Notes: a model not told the origin generated them from the letters alone. Positions 9,665-20,471 are shown, counted from the first letter of the stretch. The stretch is DNA of 64,000 nt from Candidatus Omnitrophota bacterium (GCA_003528115.1 DOGZ01000012.1:2095-66094); one strand, 5' to 3'. Numbers and translations are program-made.

Positions 9665-10759
9665 TCAGCGGCCCAAGTGAACGGGCACGCATTTGCCCCC
9701 CCAGATGCCGGGCTTTTCATCAAAATGTCCCGCGCACACAGCGCCGCAGGTGTCGCAGTGATTTTTGTTCTTCAAGTGGTAGCCCCCTAATCGATACCAG
9801 TCTCGCTCAATCAACACCTGGCCGCAATGATGACAATACGTGCTGGCCCCTTGGGAATCGTGGACATTGCCTGTGTAAACATACCTGAGCCCTTTGGACA
9901 AAGCGATGGCGCGGGCACGGGTTAATGTGACCGGCGGGGTCGGCGGATGGTCCAGCATTTTGAAATCCGGATGAAAGGCGGAGAAATGCAGGGGCACATC
10001 GGTCCCCAATTTCTCAGCAATCCACTGCGTCATGGCATGCAGTTCCTTGTCGCTGTCGTTTTCCCCGGGGATCAATAAATTCGTAATCTCCAGCCAAACA
10101 TTGGTCTGCGTTTTTAAATAAACCAAGGTATCCAACACCGGTTGTAAGGCGGCCAAAGTGATTTTTCTGTAAAAATCATCGGTAAAAGCCTTCAAATCAA
10201 CGTTGGCCGCGTCCATCCGGCGGAAAAACTCCGGACGGGCCTGTTCCGTGATGTACCCGGCGGTAACTGCTACGGTCTTAATCCCCATTTCATGGGCCGC
10301 CTCAGCCACATCCATCGCGTACTCCGCGAAAATCACCGGGTCATTGTACGTAAAAGCGATACTCGCGCACCCCAGGTTCTTGGCCGCCTGGGCAATCTCC
10401 TTCGCAGAGGCCGCGTCCGTCAAACGGTCAAATTCCCGTGATTTGCTGATATCCCAATTTTGACAGAATTTACAACCGAGATTACAGCCTGCTGTCCCAA
10501 AAGAAAGAACACTCGTCCCCGGGTAAAAATGGTTCAATGGTTTCTTCTCAATGGGGTCGATGCAAAAGCCGCTGCTGCGGCCATACGCGGTTAAAATCAT
10601 CCGGCCGCCGACATTCTTGCGGACAAAACAAAATCCGCGCTGTCCCTCATCCAGGGTGCAATAGCGCGGACACAGCCCACAGCGGATCCGCCCGTCCGGC
10701 CTCTTTTCCCAAAATCGTCCCCGATAAAGATCGGAATTCGTATTTCCCATGATACACAC
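9665..10759 (-). CDS. amrS: AmmeMemoRadiSam system radical SAM enzyme
   Basis: CGLCPRYC, DPIEKKPLNHF, CNLGCKFCQNWDIS, YVYTGNV. Confidence 0.9.
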   Translation of the reverse strand: MCIMGNTNSDLYRGRFWEKRPDGRIRCGLCPRYCTLDEGQRGFCFVRKNVGGRMILTAYGRSSGFCIDPIEKKPLNHFYPGTSVLSFGTAGCNLGCKFCQNWDISKSREFDRLTDAASAKEIAQAAKNLGCASIAFTYNDPVIFAEYAMDVAEAAHEMGIKTVAVTAGYITEQARPEFFRRMDAANVDLKAFTDDFYRKITLAALQPVLDTLVYLKTQTNVWLEITNLLIPGENDSDKELHAMTQWIAEKLGTDVPLHFSAFHPDFKMLDHPPTPPVTLTRARAIALSKGLRYVYTGNVHDSQGASTYCHHCGQVLIERDWYRLGGYHLKNKNHCDTCGAVCAGHFDEKPGIWGGKCVPVHLGR

Positions 10760-10889
10760 CCCCTCTGCTCAATGGCGGAATAGTCGATCAATCTCCCACT
10801 TTTATTCTAATATGTCCCTTGAGATAATGCATCAAGTAATCCTGACGCGATCCTGACGCGTTATCTCAGCCTGATCTCCAAGAAATTTA

Positions 10890-10917
10890 TTGACATTCCC
10901 CCTCGCGCGTTTAATAT
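10890..10917 (+). promoter_or_regulatory. Sigma70-type promoter of the sulfite reductase gene
   Basis: TTGACA-16 nt-TAATAT about 30 nt before the ATG. Confidence 0.5.
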
Positions 10918-10949
10918 ACCTACAAAACTTTTGAAGTTCACCTTCGCCG

Positions 10950-12767
10950 ATGAAAAAATCCTTTAACCCCCAATTCAACACACCCCCTGAAAACTTTTGC
11001 AAAGAAGAGTTCGTTAAACTGAACTCACGCGGTCTAAGAGGAGACCTTTATCAAGAACTGCGCGACGACAAGCCGGATATCGCCTGGGAGTCGGAACAAC
11101 TGGCTAAATCGCACGGGATTTATCTGGAATACAACCGCGCCATGTCCGGAGACGAAAAAGAATGGATCTACATGATCCGTTTCGGCATCCCGGGCGGCGG
11201 GCCTATTTCCCGAAGCCAATGGCTGCTCTTCGATGAATTATCTGAAAAATACACCGTTGATCCCGAGGGCTCATCCTCCTTGCGTTTAACCACGCGTCAG
11301 AACATTCAATTCCACTGGATCAAAAAACAAAATCTTATTCCCATCATTAAAACACTCGCCGAAGCCGGCCGCAACAGCCTCAACGGCTGCGGCGACAACA
11401 TGCGTAACGTCTTGGGGTGTCCACTCTCGGATCATTCGGATCTCTTTAACGCGCGCCGATGGGCCCAACGGACCGGCGAATATTTCCAGCTTCCCCTGGA
11501 TCCTTTTATCGAAATCTTTGCCGTTGACCCGCATCGGGTCGATAAACCCGCCGCCTCCTTTGCGTACGGGCCCAATTTGCTCAACCGTAAATTTAAGATC
11601 GCCTTTTCCGCGATCCATAAAAACCCGCTTACTGGACAACTGGTGCCGGATAATTGCGTGGAAGTCTTGACCAACGATGTCGGCGTCGTGCCTATTGTCG
11701 AAAATCATGTTGTTAAGAAATTTCAAATTTATATCGGCGGAGGGCAAGGCGAACGCAACGGTAAACCCTCGCTGGCCTGTTTAGCTCAACCGCTGGGCAT
11801 TGTCGCCGAGGATCAGCTCCTGAAGGTCCTGGACGGCATTGTGCACGTTCATCAAGCCTACGGCGACAGACAAAATCGCGTCTGGGCACGTCTGAAATTT
11901 GTCGTGAAGAAGATGGGCATCGCGTGGTACCGGGATCAAGTCACGGCCAAGGTTGGTTTTTCCCTGGAGCCACCCGACTCGACTCTCGACATCGGAGACC
12001 GCCATCTGCATCACGGCTGGCATCAGCAACCGGACAACGGGTTGTTCACCTTCGGTGCCTTTGTGGAAACCGGCCGGATCACGGACGCCGGCCCCAACGG
12101 CCGTCTGAAAACCATGGTTCGGGAGATGGTCAACACCTATCCCGTGGACCTGATGATTACGCCCAACCAGGATCTCCTTTTTACCAATATCCCGCCCACA
12201 GACAAAGAGTCCTTTGAAACAGATTTACGGCATTACGGCTATGGGTTTCGCAATAGCAAACCTTATTCCCGTTTAAGAGTCCTTTCCGGAGCCTGTGTCG
12301 GTCGGGACACCTGCCGTTTGACTTACACCGACTCCGAGCGGTTTGAACCGTTTTTAATCGATGAACTTGAGGCCATGGGATGGGGAGATCTGGCGGAATC
12401 GGTGGGGGTCACAGGATGTGAACGGCAGTGTTTTCGCCCCGCCACCAAATCAATCGGTCTGGTGGGCAGCGGGTTTGAACGGTATCAATTTGTCTTGTTC
12501 GGGGACGAAACCGCCCGCGTCCAAGGAACGCCCCTCATTGCGAGCAACGGCGAAGAGTTGTATCTGCGCTCAGTCCCTCGGGAAAAGGTGGCCCAGGTGA
12601 TCGATGTCCTTTTGAAATTCTACAAGCGCACCGCGCAACCAGGCGAGGGCCTGGGGGCGTTTCACCGCAGGATCGGCGCCGACGCCATCATCGGGCATCT
12701 CAAAGAAAATCCTCTCACGGCACAACTCATGGACAAACCGTTCAACACCGATTGCATGATTGTCTGA
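10950..12767 (+). CDS. Siroheme/4Fe-4S nitrite/sulfite reductase (probably assimilatory sulfite reductase)
   Basis: LRLTTRQNIQFH, CGDNMRNV, RKFKIA, CVGRDTC...TGCERQC ligand motifs. Confidence 0.85.
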   Translation: MKKSFNPQFNTPPENFCKEEFVKLNSRGLRGDLYQELRDDKPDIAWESEQLAKSHGIYLEYNRAMSGDEKEWIYMIRFGIPGGGPISRSQWLLFDELSEKYTVDPEGSSSLRLTTRQNIQFHWIKKQNLIPIIKTLAEAGRNSLNGCGDNMRNVLGCPLSDHSDLFNARRWAQRTGEYFQLPLDPFIEIFAVDPHRVDKPAASFAYGPNLLNRKFKIAFSAIHKNPLTGQLVPDNCVEVLTNDVGVVPIVENHVVKKFQIYIGGGQGERNGKPSLACLAQPLGIVAEDQLLKVLDGIVHVHQAYGDRQNRVWARLKFVVKKMGIAWYRDQVTAKVGFSLEPPDSTLDIGDRHLHHGWHQQPDNGLFTFGAFVETGRITDAGPNGRLKTMVREMVNTYPVDLMITPNQDLLFTNIPPTDKESFETDLRHYGYGFRNSKPYSRLRVLSGACVGRDTCRLTYTDSERFEPFLIDELEAMGWGDLAESVGVTGCERQCFRPATKSIGLVGSGFERYQFVLFGDETARVQGTPLIASNGEELYLRSVPREKVAQVIDVLLKFYKRTAQPGEGLGAFHRRIGADAIIGHLKENPLTAQLMDKPFNTDCMIV

Positions 12768-12811
12768 CCAATCCCCTGTCGCCGGGGTATTCGTCCCTGA
12801 TCCCTTGGTGT

Positions 12812-14185
12812 TTACAGGACCGCCACGATTTCCTGCAACGACACAAATTTCTCCCGGGGTTTGCCTAAACATTTTCCGCGTTCCATCTCGACGGCGTCAA
12901 TTTTTTTCCAATCCGCAAAACTGATCACGCGCCCTTTTTTTTCCAGGAGAAGACGCGCCAAGGCGTCCATGTCCTGACTCTCGCAGGGTTGTAATTGAGG
13001 CATATCTTCCAAAAGATGCTTCACCGTCTCCTGACTATCGGCTTTGTTTGTTCCAATAACTCCCGACGGCCCCCGCTTAATCCATCCCGTCGCATAAAAA
13101 CCCGCCAGGACTTGATTCCCCTCCATCACCCGCCCCTGGCTGTTAGGGACAATGCCCTTTTCTTCGTTGAAGGGCAACCCTCGCATCGGAATTCCCCGGT
13201 AACCAACGCTTCGAAATAAAATATCGGACGCGAGCTCTTCCTTGTCCCCAGTCCCTTTGGCCTTTTGCCGGCCCGCCTCGCCCTCCAAGCGGTTTTTCTC
13301 CAAAATCACTTTCTGGACTTTTCCCTGTCCCACAATTTCAACGGGGCTTCGTAGAAAATGGCAATAAAATTTCTTCCTTTTTGTTTTGGAGGCGCTCGAA
13401 GAAAGTTTCTTCAAGATCTCAAAATTTTTAATGGCGTGGACATTGGCCGGATCGCTTAATTCTTGCCGGCTGGCCTCATTGATTTCCATGTCCCTGGGGT
13501 CTACGACCGGATCACAATCACCGAGATCCCCAAACTCATCAATTTCCACCGGCGTAAACGCGGCCTGGGCCGGCCCCCGTCGGCCGATCATGTGCACTTC
13601 CTTGACGCGGCTCGCGGCAAGGAGATCCAGGGCGTATCCGGCGATGTCGGTCGTTTTTAATTCATCCGCTGTTTTACATAAAATACGGCACACATCGACG
13701 GCCACATTGCCCTGTCCGATAACGACCGCCACCTCACCGGATAAATCAAAGCGCCTGTCTTTATAATCCGGATGGCCGTTGTACCAGGCCACGAATTCCG
13801 TGGCGGTATGACTGCCGGGCAAATCCTCTCCCGGGATGCCAAGTTTTTTGTCCGTCTCGGCGCCATAAGCCAAAATAACGGCATCAAAAAATCGCTTCAA
13901 TTCCCCCAAGCTGATGTCCCGGCCGACGTTCACGTTCCCCCAAAAAGCGAATCCTTTCTTTTCCGCTATCCGTTCATAGACTTTGATGACGTTCTTGATC
14001 TTCTGATGATCCGGCGCGACCCCGTAACGCACAAGGCCGTAGGGAGACGGCAACCGGTCAAACATATCCACCCGCACCGGCACTTGTGACGACAATAACG
14101 CGTCCGCGGCATAAAAACCGCTCGGCCCGCTCCCGATAATGGCCACCCTCAAAGGTCTTTGGTTAGTTCCCAGCTCTTCGGACAT
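12812..14185 (-). CDS. Ferredoxin-NADP+ reductase (FprA/adrenodoxin-reductase type)
   Basis: [55 protein letters not shown]. Confidence 0.9.
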   Translation of the reverse strand: MSEELGTNQRPLRVAIIGSGPSGFYAADALLSSQVPVRVDMFDRLPSPYGLVRYGVAPDHQKIKNVIKVYERIAEKKGFAFWGNVNVGRDISLGELKRFFDAVILAYGAETDKKLGIPGEDLPGSHTATEFVAWYNGHPDYKDRRFDLSGEVAVVIGQGNVAVDVCRILCKTADELKTTDIAGYALDLLAASRVKEVHMIGRRGPAQAAFTPVEIDEFGDLGDCDPVVDPRDMEINEASRQELSDPANVHAIKNFEILKKLSSSASKTKRKKFYCHFLRSPVEIVGQGKVQKVILEKNRLEGEAGRQKAKGTGDKEELASDILFRSVGYRGIPMRGLPFNEEKGIVPNSQGRVMEGNQVLAGFYATGWIKRGPSGVIGTNKADSQETVKHLLEDMPQLQPCESQDMDALARLLLEKKGRVISFADWKKIDAVEMERGKCLGKPREKFVSLQEIVAVL

Positions 14186-14226
14186 AATAGTCTTCTCCTC
14201 TTTAAGTTAACAGCAGGTTATCCTTC

Positions 14227-14264
14227 CACCGGACTTCCTCAAAAGTGCAGTGCGTGGGTCAATA
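14227..14264. repeat. Internally deleted mini-copy of element B
   Basis: GACTTCCtCAAAAG...GTGCGtgGGTCAATA matches both ends of the 98-bp element B. Confidence 0.6.
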
Positions 14265-14451
14265 AACGCGTTTGGGTTCTCATCCTTACATTCGATCTTC
14301 TTCTTGTCAAGGCCACAAACATATATTTGCCCGTCATCATGACCAATCATTAAAAAATTTCACGTTGACATCACTTGTTATTTTGTTAATCTGGTTGCGT
14401 CTGCAACATTAAAAAATAGTACGTTAAAAAATTTCGTTAAGGAGACACCGC

Positions 14452-15579
14452 ATGCGCATCGGAGTTCCCAAAGAAACGCACCCAAACGAACCGCGGGTCG
14501 CCCTGATCCCCGCTTCCGTCGCTCGATTAGTCGCCATCGGGGCCGATGTCGCGGTTGAACCGGGGCTTGGTTTGACCATTGGCTTTTCCGACAAGGCGTA
14601 TGAAGACGCCGGCGCCAAAATTTGTGAGAGAACCGCGCTCTTCTCTTCGTCGGATATCATTGTGCGTTTGCGCAAACCACCCCAGGAGGAAATCGCTCCA
14701 TTAAAAAAGAACGCCGTTCACATCAGCTTTCTTGATCCCTTCCATGAGGTTTCCTTAATCGACGCGTTGGTCCGATGTCAGATAAGCGCCATCAGTATGG
14801 AAATGATTCCCAGGACCACCCTTGCGCAAAAAATGGATGCTTTAAGTTCTCAGGCCAATTTAGCCGGTTACGCTTCCGTCATCCTCGCCGCTGAAAAGAT
14901 GAATAAAATTCTCCCGATGATGATGACCCCGGCCGGGACGATAGCCCCAGCCCAGGTTTTTATCATCGGCGTCGGAGTTGCCGGACTTCAGGCCATTGCC
15001 ACGGCCAAACGTCTAGGCGCCCGGGTGGAGGCCTTTGATACGCGTCCTGTTGTTGAAGAACAAGTTCAGTCCCTGGGCGCGAAATTCATCAAGATGGATC
15101 TCGGGGAAACAGCACAGACCAAAGACGGTTACGCCCAGGCCCTCACGCCGGAACAAATCGAAAAACAGCGTCAAGGGATGGCGAAGGTCTGCGCCAGGGC
15201 GGACATTGTGATTACCACCGCGCAAATTTTCGGCCGCAAGGCGCCTGTGATCCTGACCCGGGACATGCTGGCCCAGATGAAACCCGGAAGTATTGTGATT
15301 GACATGGCGGTGGAATCCGGCGGAAATGTGGAAGGATCGAAGCTGGATGAGGAAGTCGTGATCCACGGAGTGCGGATCCTGGGTTCAGGAAACCTGCCGG
15401 GTCGCGTGGCGTTTCATGCCAGCCAGATGTATTCCAACAACCTCACGAATCTGATCGAGGCCTATTGGAACAAAGAGACCAATTCCTTTGTCATCAACCT
15501 GACTGACCCAATTCTCAAGGGGTGTTTAATCACCCATAACGGCGAAATCGTGAATGAAACTATAAAAAACCTTCGATAG
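14452..15579 (+). CDS. pntAA: NAD(P) transhydrogenase alpha subunit, part 1
   Basis: AQKMDALSSQANLAGY, MMMTPAGT, GVGVAGLQAIATAKRLGA. Confidence 0.93.
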   Translation: MRIGVPKETHPNEPRVALIPASVARLVAIGADVAVEPGLGLTIGFSDKAYEDAGAKICERTALFSSSDIIVRLRKPPQEEIAPLKKNAVHISFLDPFHEVSLIDALVRCQISAISMEMIPRTTLAQKMDALSSQANLAGYASVILAAEKMNKILPMMMTPAGTIAPAQVFIIGVGVAGLQAIATAKRLGARVEAFDTRPVVEEQVQSLGAKFIKMDLGETAQTKDGYAQALTPEQIEKQRQGMAKVCARADIVITTAQIFGRKAPVILTRDMLAQMKPGSIVIDMAVESGGNVEGSKLDEEVVIHGVRILGSGNLPGRVAFHASQMYSNNLTNLIEAYWNKETNSFVINLTDPILKGCLITHNGEIVNETIKNLR

Positions 15580-15591
15580 TAAGGAGCGCCT

Positions 15592-15894
15592 ATGGATGCC
15601 ACTATCCTAGCCTATGTCTTCCTTGTTTTTGTCCTGTCCCTTTTTCTTGGAGTTGAGCTGATTTCCAAAGTCCCCTCCATCTTGCATACGCCCCTGATGT
15701 CGGCATCCAACGCCATCTCCGGGATCACCATCGTCGGCGCCCTTGTCTCCGCAGGGACCGCCGAAAGCAAATTCAGTCTGTTTTTAGGGACCCTGGCCGT
15801 GATCTTTGCCATGATCAATGTCGTCGGAGGATATCTGGTCACGGACCGCATGCTGGCCATGTTTAAAAAGAAAGAAACGGCAGGTAAGCCATGA
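15592..15894 (+). CDS. pntAB: NAD(P) transhydrogenase alpha subunit, part 2
   Basis: LHTPLMSASNAISG, NVVGGYLVTDRML. Confidence 0.93.
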   Translation: MDATILAYVFLVFVLSLFLGVELISKVPSILHTPLMSASNAISGITIVGALVSAGTAESKFSLFLGTLAVIFAMINVVGGYLVTDRMLAMFKKKETAGKP

Positions 15895-17273
15895 ACTTAA
15901 ATATTCTCATTGATATCTTTTATATCCTGGCGGCTATCTTGTTTGCCCTGGGATTAAGAATGCTCAACTCCCCGGCTACGGCGAGGAAAGGTAATCTTTT
16001 TTCAGCCGTCGGCATGCTCCTGGCCATCGTCGCCACCCTACTCGTCAAAGGATTAAGTTTTCAATGGATCATTGTAGGGGCCGTGATCGGAACGGCCCTG
16101 GGCATTTTCGCCGCGCAAAGAGTGGCGATGACCGCCATGCCCGAGATGGTGGCTCTGCTCAACGGATCAGGCGGACTGGCCAGCCTTCTCGTTGCCTCGG
16201 CCGTCTATCATCACCACCCGGAATCGGGCGCGTTAACCGCCCTCACCATTTTTCTTTCTGTCCTGATCGGCGGTGTCACCTTTACAGGCAGCCTCGTGGC
16301 GTGGGGGAAATTAAGTGAAAAACTTCCCGGAAAACCTATTCTGTATCCCGGCCAGCAGATAGGCAATATCGCTTTATTGATAGCGCTCCTGACCTGCGGA
16401 ATCCTTTTCACCCTGAATCCCGCGGGAAACTACCCAATTTTTTTACTTTCAATTCTTTTTTCCCTTATTTTAGGTGTGCTGGTGGTCATCCCCATCGGCG
16501 GCGCCGACATGCCGGTGGTGATCTCCCTGTTAAACAGCTACTCCGGGTTGGCCGCTTGCGCCACGGGATTCGTGATCCTCAACAACATTTTAATCGTCGC
16601 CGGCGCGCTGGTGGGGGCCAGCGGCATTATCCTCACCCAAATCATGTGCAAGGCCATGAACCGATCCCTGTCCCACGTCCTTTTCAGCGGCTTTGGGGCC
16701 GTGCCTCATCCAAGGACCGAAGGGCCCCACGGGGAAGTCAAGGCCCTGAGTATTGCGGATGCCTATTTTATCCTTGAAGCGGCCCGTTCCGTTGTTTTTG
16801 TCCCCGGCTACGGCATGGCCGTGGCCCAGGCGCAGTACGCGGTCCGGGAATTGGCGAAACTGCTCGAGGCCAATGGAACAGAAGTCCGTTACGCGATCCA
16901 CCCCGTCGCGGGCCGCATGCCGGGCCACATGAATGTCCTCCTGGCCGAGGCGAATGTCCCTTATGAGCAGCTTGTGGAAATGGACGCCATCAACAGGATC
17001 ATGGAAACCCTGGATGTGGCGATTGTCATCGGCGCCAACGACGTCGTGAACCCTGCCGCGCGAAACGATAAATCCAGTCCTATTTACGGCATGCCGATCA
17101 TCAATGTGGATAAAGCCAAGACGGTGTTTGTGATGAAACGTTCCCTGGGGGCGGGATTCGCGGGAGTCCAAAATGATTTATTCTATTACGAAAATACCCG
17201 TATGATCCTGGGCGATGCGAAGCAATCCGTTCAGAACCTCATCGCGGAATTCAAAGCGGGAAGATCGACATGA
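15891..17273 (+). CDS. pntB: NAD(P) transhydrogenase beta subunit
   Basis: GGADMPVVISLLNSYSG, HPVAGRMPGHMNVLLAEA, GANDVVNPAA. Confidence 0.95.
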   Translation: MNLNILIDIFYILAAILFALGLRMLNSPATARKGNLFSAVGMLLAIVATLLVKGLSFQWIIVGAVIGTALGIFAAQRVAMTAMPEMVALLNGSGGLASLLVASAVYHHHPESGALTALTIFLSVLIGGVTFTGSLVAWGKLSEKLPGKPILYPGQQIGNIALLIALLTCGILFTLNPAGNYPIFLLSILFSLILGVLVVIPIGGADMPVVISLLNSYSGLAACATGFVILNNILIVAGALVGASGIILTQIMCKAMNRSLSHVLFSGFGAVPHPRTEGPHGEVKALSIADAYFILEAARSVVFVPGYGMAVAQAQYAVRELAKLLEANGTEVRYAIHPVAGRMPGHMNVLLAEANVPYEQLVEMDAINRIMETLDVAIVIGANDVVNPAARNDKSSPIYGMPIINVDKAKTVFVMKRSLGAGFAGVQNDLFYYENTRMILGDAKQSVQNLIAEFKAGRST

Positions 17274-17274
17274 C

Positions 17275-17400
17275 CTCGTGTTCCATTACTTTTGCGAAAG
17301 TCCGTAGTCCTGTGTCAACTCAATGGTAGATTGTTTGACACAGCACAACACTGCGCCTTTTCTGAAAAATATTTATTGAAAGCTAATTTGACGGCGCAGT
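17275..17400. mobile_element. Composite palindromic element: partial B' + hairpin D (17310-17343) + element A (17350-17400)
   Basis: CTGTGTCAA/TTGACACAG and ACTGCGCC/GGCGCAGT inverted repeats; same module order and ACAAC linker as at 25311-25602. Confidence 0.7.
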
Positions 17401-17462
17401 GGAAATCATTTCATCGACACGAATTTATATACGTTTTCTACCTTTTAATGCGGATTTCCTTT

Positions 17463-17560
17463 TACTGACTTCCGCAAAAGCAATGAATCACTATGGTAGT
17501 CAGCATCTCGACCTCCGTCCGCTGGATGGTTTAATTCTATTCCTTGTGCGGAGGTCAATA
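17463..17560. mobile_element. MITE-like element B (98 bp including flanking TA dinucleotides)
   Basis: TA-CTGACTTCCGCAAAA...TTGTGCGGAGGTCAA-TA; 91/98 identical by manual alignment to 25479-25576. Confidence 0.8.
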
Positions 17561-17916
17561 GGCGCCCGGAGGGAAGCGGTTTTCTTCTTTCGGTCCATCA
17601 AAGAAACCCCGACGAGCGCATAGCTGGCGGTTGCCTTCCTTTCCACCCGAATCACTTTGACGCGGCCTTTGAAGATATCCAGGACGCCGGACATCACCAC
17701 GCGGATTTCCAGGACATCCCCTTTTTGGTATTCCTGATCCGTGTAAAATGATAACCCGCCGATACTCATATCCTGGGTCGTTGATAAAAACGAATCCCGT
17801 TGCAGATCCTTGCGCTTGCTTTCCTTAAGACTGTATTCAATACTCAAGACCCGCCTCGCCCGGACCCATTGACGGCGTTCACCGGCCGCTTGTTTAACCA
17901 CTGCTTGTTTAACCAT
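17500..17916 (-). CDS. PilZ-domain protein; C-terminus supplied by element B
   Basis: ERRQWVR (RxxxR) and DMSIGG (DxSxxG) c-di-GMP motifs; AGGAAGGGAG RBS before ATG 17916. Confidence 0.85.
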   Translation of the reverse strand: MVKQAVVKQAAGERRQWVRARRVLSIEYSLKESKRKDLQRDSFLSTTQDMSIGGLSFYTDQEYQKGDVLEIRVVMSGVLDIFKGRVKVIRVERKATASYALVGVSLMDRKKKTASLRAPIDLRTRNRIKPSSGRRSRC

Positions 17917-17929
17917 GCGCTCCCTTCCT

Positions 17930-19033
17930 TTATAAAGATTTCCATGAAAGACCGAACGTTTCGGCCACCTCTTGAATGACCAACTCCCCATCGCGCATAT
18001 TCACGGACCGTTTCAAGGCAAAGATATTCCGGACAGCTTTCTCATAACCGTTGTTGGCAAGTAATAAAATATACGGAAGTGTCGCATTCGTCAAGGCGTA
18101 TGTGCTTGTCCGGGCGACAGCTCCGGGCATATTGGTCACGCAGTAATGCACCACCCCGTCGACAACATAGGTGGGGTTGTCGTGGGTCGTGGGACGGCTG
18201 GTCTCGCACGAACCTCCTTGATCAATGGCCACATCCACGATCACGGCCCCGGTCTTCATTTGAGACACGAGCTCACGGCTGATCAAACAAGGGGCCTTGG
18301 CCCCGCGCTTGAGCACACTGCTGATGACCAAATCCGCCTTCAACACACTGTCCCGGATCGTGTAACTGTTGCTCATCAGGGTATGGACATTAGGCGGCAT
18401 GATCTCATCCAAATACCTCAAACGGTTGAGATTTACATCCATGACCGTAACATTAGCCCCGAGACCCGCCGCCATCTTGCAGGCATTGGCACCGACCACG
18501 CCGGCCCCGATAATCACAACATCCGCCGGGATCACCCCCGGGACGCCTCCCAAAAGGATTCCCCTTCCTTTCATAGGCTCCTCAAGATACTTGGCCCCCT
18601 CGTGAACGGCCATGCGGCCCGCCACCTCACTCATGGGCGTCAAACAGGGCAACTCTCCGCTTTCTAATTGAAGGGTCTCGTAGGCCATGGCGACAATCCG
18701 GGAAGCCAGCAGGGCCTCCGTCAATGACCGACTGGCGGCGAAATGAAAATACGTAAAGACGATCTGACCGGGCCTTAACAACGCGTATTCCCCTTCCTGC
18801 GGCTCTTTGATCTTGACAATCATCTCGGCCTCGGCATAAATCTCCGCCGGAGAATCCAGAATGACCGCCCCCGAGGCCTGATATTCCCCGTCCGTAATAC
18901 CGCTCCCCAGCCCTGCGCCCTTCTCTAGGTAGACTTTATGCCCGTCCCGCTTGAGCATGTCCACCCCCACAGGTAAAAGGGCCACCCGGTATTCATTGTT
19001 TTTGATTTCTTTAGGGACACCGATAATCATCAT
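17930..19033 (-). CDS. ald: Alanine dehydrogenase
   Basis: GVPKEIKNNEYRV, PMSEVAGRMA, DVAIDQGG, HYCVTNMPGAV. Confidence 0.95.
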   Translation of the reverse strand: MMIIGVPKEIKNNEYRVALLPVGVDMLKRDGHKVYLEKGAGLGSGITDGEYQASGAVILDSPAEIYAEAEMIVKIKEPQEGEYALLRPGQIVFTYFHFAASRSLTEALLASRIVAMAYETLQLESGELPCLTPMSEVAGRMAVHEGAKYLEEPMKGRGILLGGVPGVIPADVVIIGAGVVGANACKMAAGLGANVTVMDVNLNRLRYLDEIMPPNVHTLMSNSYTIRDSVLKADLVISSVLKRGAKAPCLISRELVSQMKTGAVIVDVAIDQGGSCETSRPTTHDNPTYVVDGVVHYCVTNMPGAVARTSTYALTNATLPYILLLANNGYEKAVRNIFALKRSVNMRDGELVIQEVAETFGLSWKSL

Positions 19034-19053
19034 GGAATAAACCTGTTATTTTT

Positions 19054-20442
19054 CTACCGTGGACCGAGCATTTCTTCCGGACGGACCAATTTATCAAAAT
19101 CTTCAGGACTTAAAAAGCCCAAAGCCACGGCGGCCTGTTTCAAGGTGATATGTTCGGCGTGCGCTTTTTTCGCCACCTTGGCGGCCTTGTCATACCCGAT
19201 ATGAGGATTGAGCGCGGTCACGAGCATCAAAGAACCGTTGAGATGACTCTGGATTCTTTCTTCATTGGCCTCGATGCCCACCACACAATGTTCCGTAAAA
19301 CTTGCGCAGGCGTCGGCGATCAGACGGATGGATTGAAGGAGATTATAAATGATGACCGGTTTAAAGACGTTGAGCTCGAAATTCCCGCTGGCGCCGGCAA
19401 AGGCGATCGTGGTGTCATTGCCCATCACCTGGACGCAGACCATGGTCATGGCTTCACATTGAGTCGGGTTGACCTTGCCGGGCATGATGGAGCTTCCCGG
19501 TTCATTCTCCGGTAAGGTAATCTCCCCGATGCCGCATCGCGGACCGGAACCGAGCCACCGGATATCATTGGCGATCTTCATCAGCGAAGCGGCGATGGTT
19601 TTTAAGACGCCGCTGAACTCCACCATCGCGTCGTGGGCCGCCAGCGATTCAAATTTATTCACCGCCGTGATAAATGGAAACCCGGTCAATTCCTGTATTT
19701 TCTTAGCCGCCTGGACGGCAAAGCGCGGGTGCGTATTCAATCCCGTTCCAACGGCCGTCCCCCCCAGCGCCAATTCATACATTCTCGGCAAGGCCCCTTC
19801 GATCCTTCTTAATCCATTTTCCAACTGCCGGACATATCCTGAAAATTCATGCCCCAGCGTCAGAGGGGTCGCGTCCATCAAATGGGTGCGTCCGATTTTG
19901 ATGATATTTTTAAACTGCTCCGCCTTGTGTTTTAACGCCTCGCCTAATCGCGTGACCGCGGGGATTAACTTTTCATGGATCTGCAGAACGCTCGCGACAT
20001 GCATGGCCGTCGGAAAGACATCGTTGGAAGACTGGGCCTTATTGACATCGTCATTGGGATGAATCAAGGTCTTGTTCCCCATTGCCCCGCCGGAAAGTTC
20101 TGCCGCGCGGTTGGCGATGACCTCATTGACATTCATGTTGGTCTGCGTGCCGCTGCCTGTCTGCCAGATCACCAACGGGAAATGGTCCTGCCACCGGCCC
20201 GCGATAATCTCATCGGCGACGTTGGCAATCAGATCCGCCTTCTGTTTCGGTAACGTCCCCAGTTCCTGATTCACCAGGGCCGCCGCCTTCTTGATAATTG
20301 CCAGGGCCCTGATCAGCTCCGGAGGCATCACCTCACCGCCGATCTTGAAATGGATTAACGATCGGGCCGTCTGGGCGCCGTAATATTTATCCGCCGGGAC
20401 TTGGATTTCTCCCATGGAATCCGACTCTAAGCGATAGTTCAT
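19054..20442 (-). CDS. fumC: Class II fumarate hydratase
   Basis: [12 protein letters not shown] and [15 protein letters not shown] signature. Confidence 0.96.
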   Translation of the reverse strand: MNYRLESDSMGEIQVPADKYYGAQTARSLIHFKIGGEVMPPELIRALAIIKKAAALVNQELGTLPKQKADLIANVADEIIAGRWQDHFPLVIWQTGSGTQTNMNVNEVIANRAAELSGGAMGNKTLIHPNDDVNKAQSSNDVFPTAMHVASVLQIHEKLIPAVTRLGEALKHKAEQFKNIIKIGRTHLMDATPLTLGHEFSGYVRQLENGLRRIEGALPRMYELALGGTAVGTGLNTHPRFAVQAAKKIQELTGFPFITAVNKFESLAAHDAMVEFSGVLKTIAASLMKIANDIRWLGSGPRCGIGEITLPENEPGSSIMPGKVNPTQCEAMTMVCVQVMGNDTTIAFAGASGNFELNVFKPVIIYNLLQSIRLIADACASFTEHCVVGIEANEERIQSHLNGSLMLVTALNPHIGYDKAAKVAKKAHAEHITLKQAAVALGFLSPEDFDKLVRPEEMLGPR

Positions 20443-20471
20443 TTCTCCTCCTCCAACATTGAATTCAGAAA

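Noticed and set aside
14355-14395. Rex operator before pnt
   Set aside because: No convincing TTGTGAA-N4-TTCACAA palindrome; only a probable sigma70 -35 TTGACA
17275-17560. Possible CRISPR array, tRNA or known riboswitch
   Set aside because: No regular repeat-spacer periodicity, cloverleaf or recognisable aptamer; behaves as TA-flanked insertions
17888-17915. 13-bp direct repeat GCTTGTTTAACCA at the PilZ start
   Set aside because: Small in-frame duplication (VKQA x2) with no evident function
15013-20269. Numerous overlapping 60-200 aa ORFs opposite pnt, ald and fumC (and similar ORFs elsewhere)
   Set aside because: Antisense or alternate-frame shadows of well-supported genes, with no motifs
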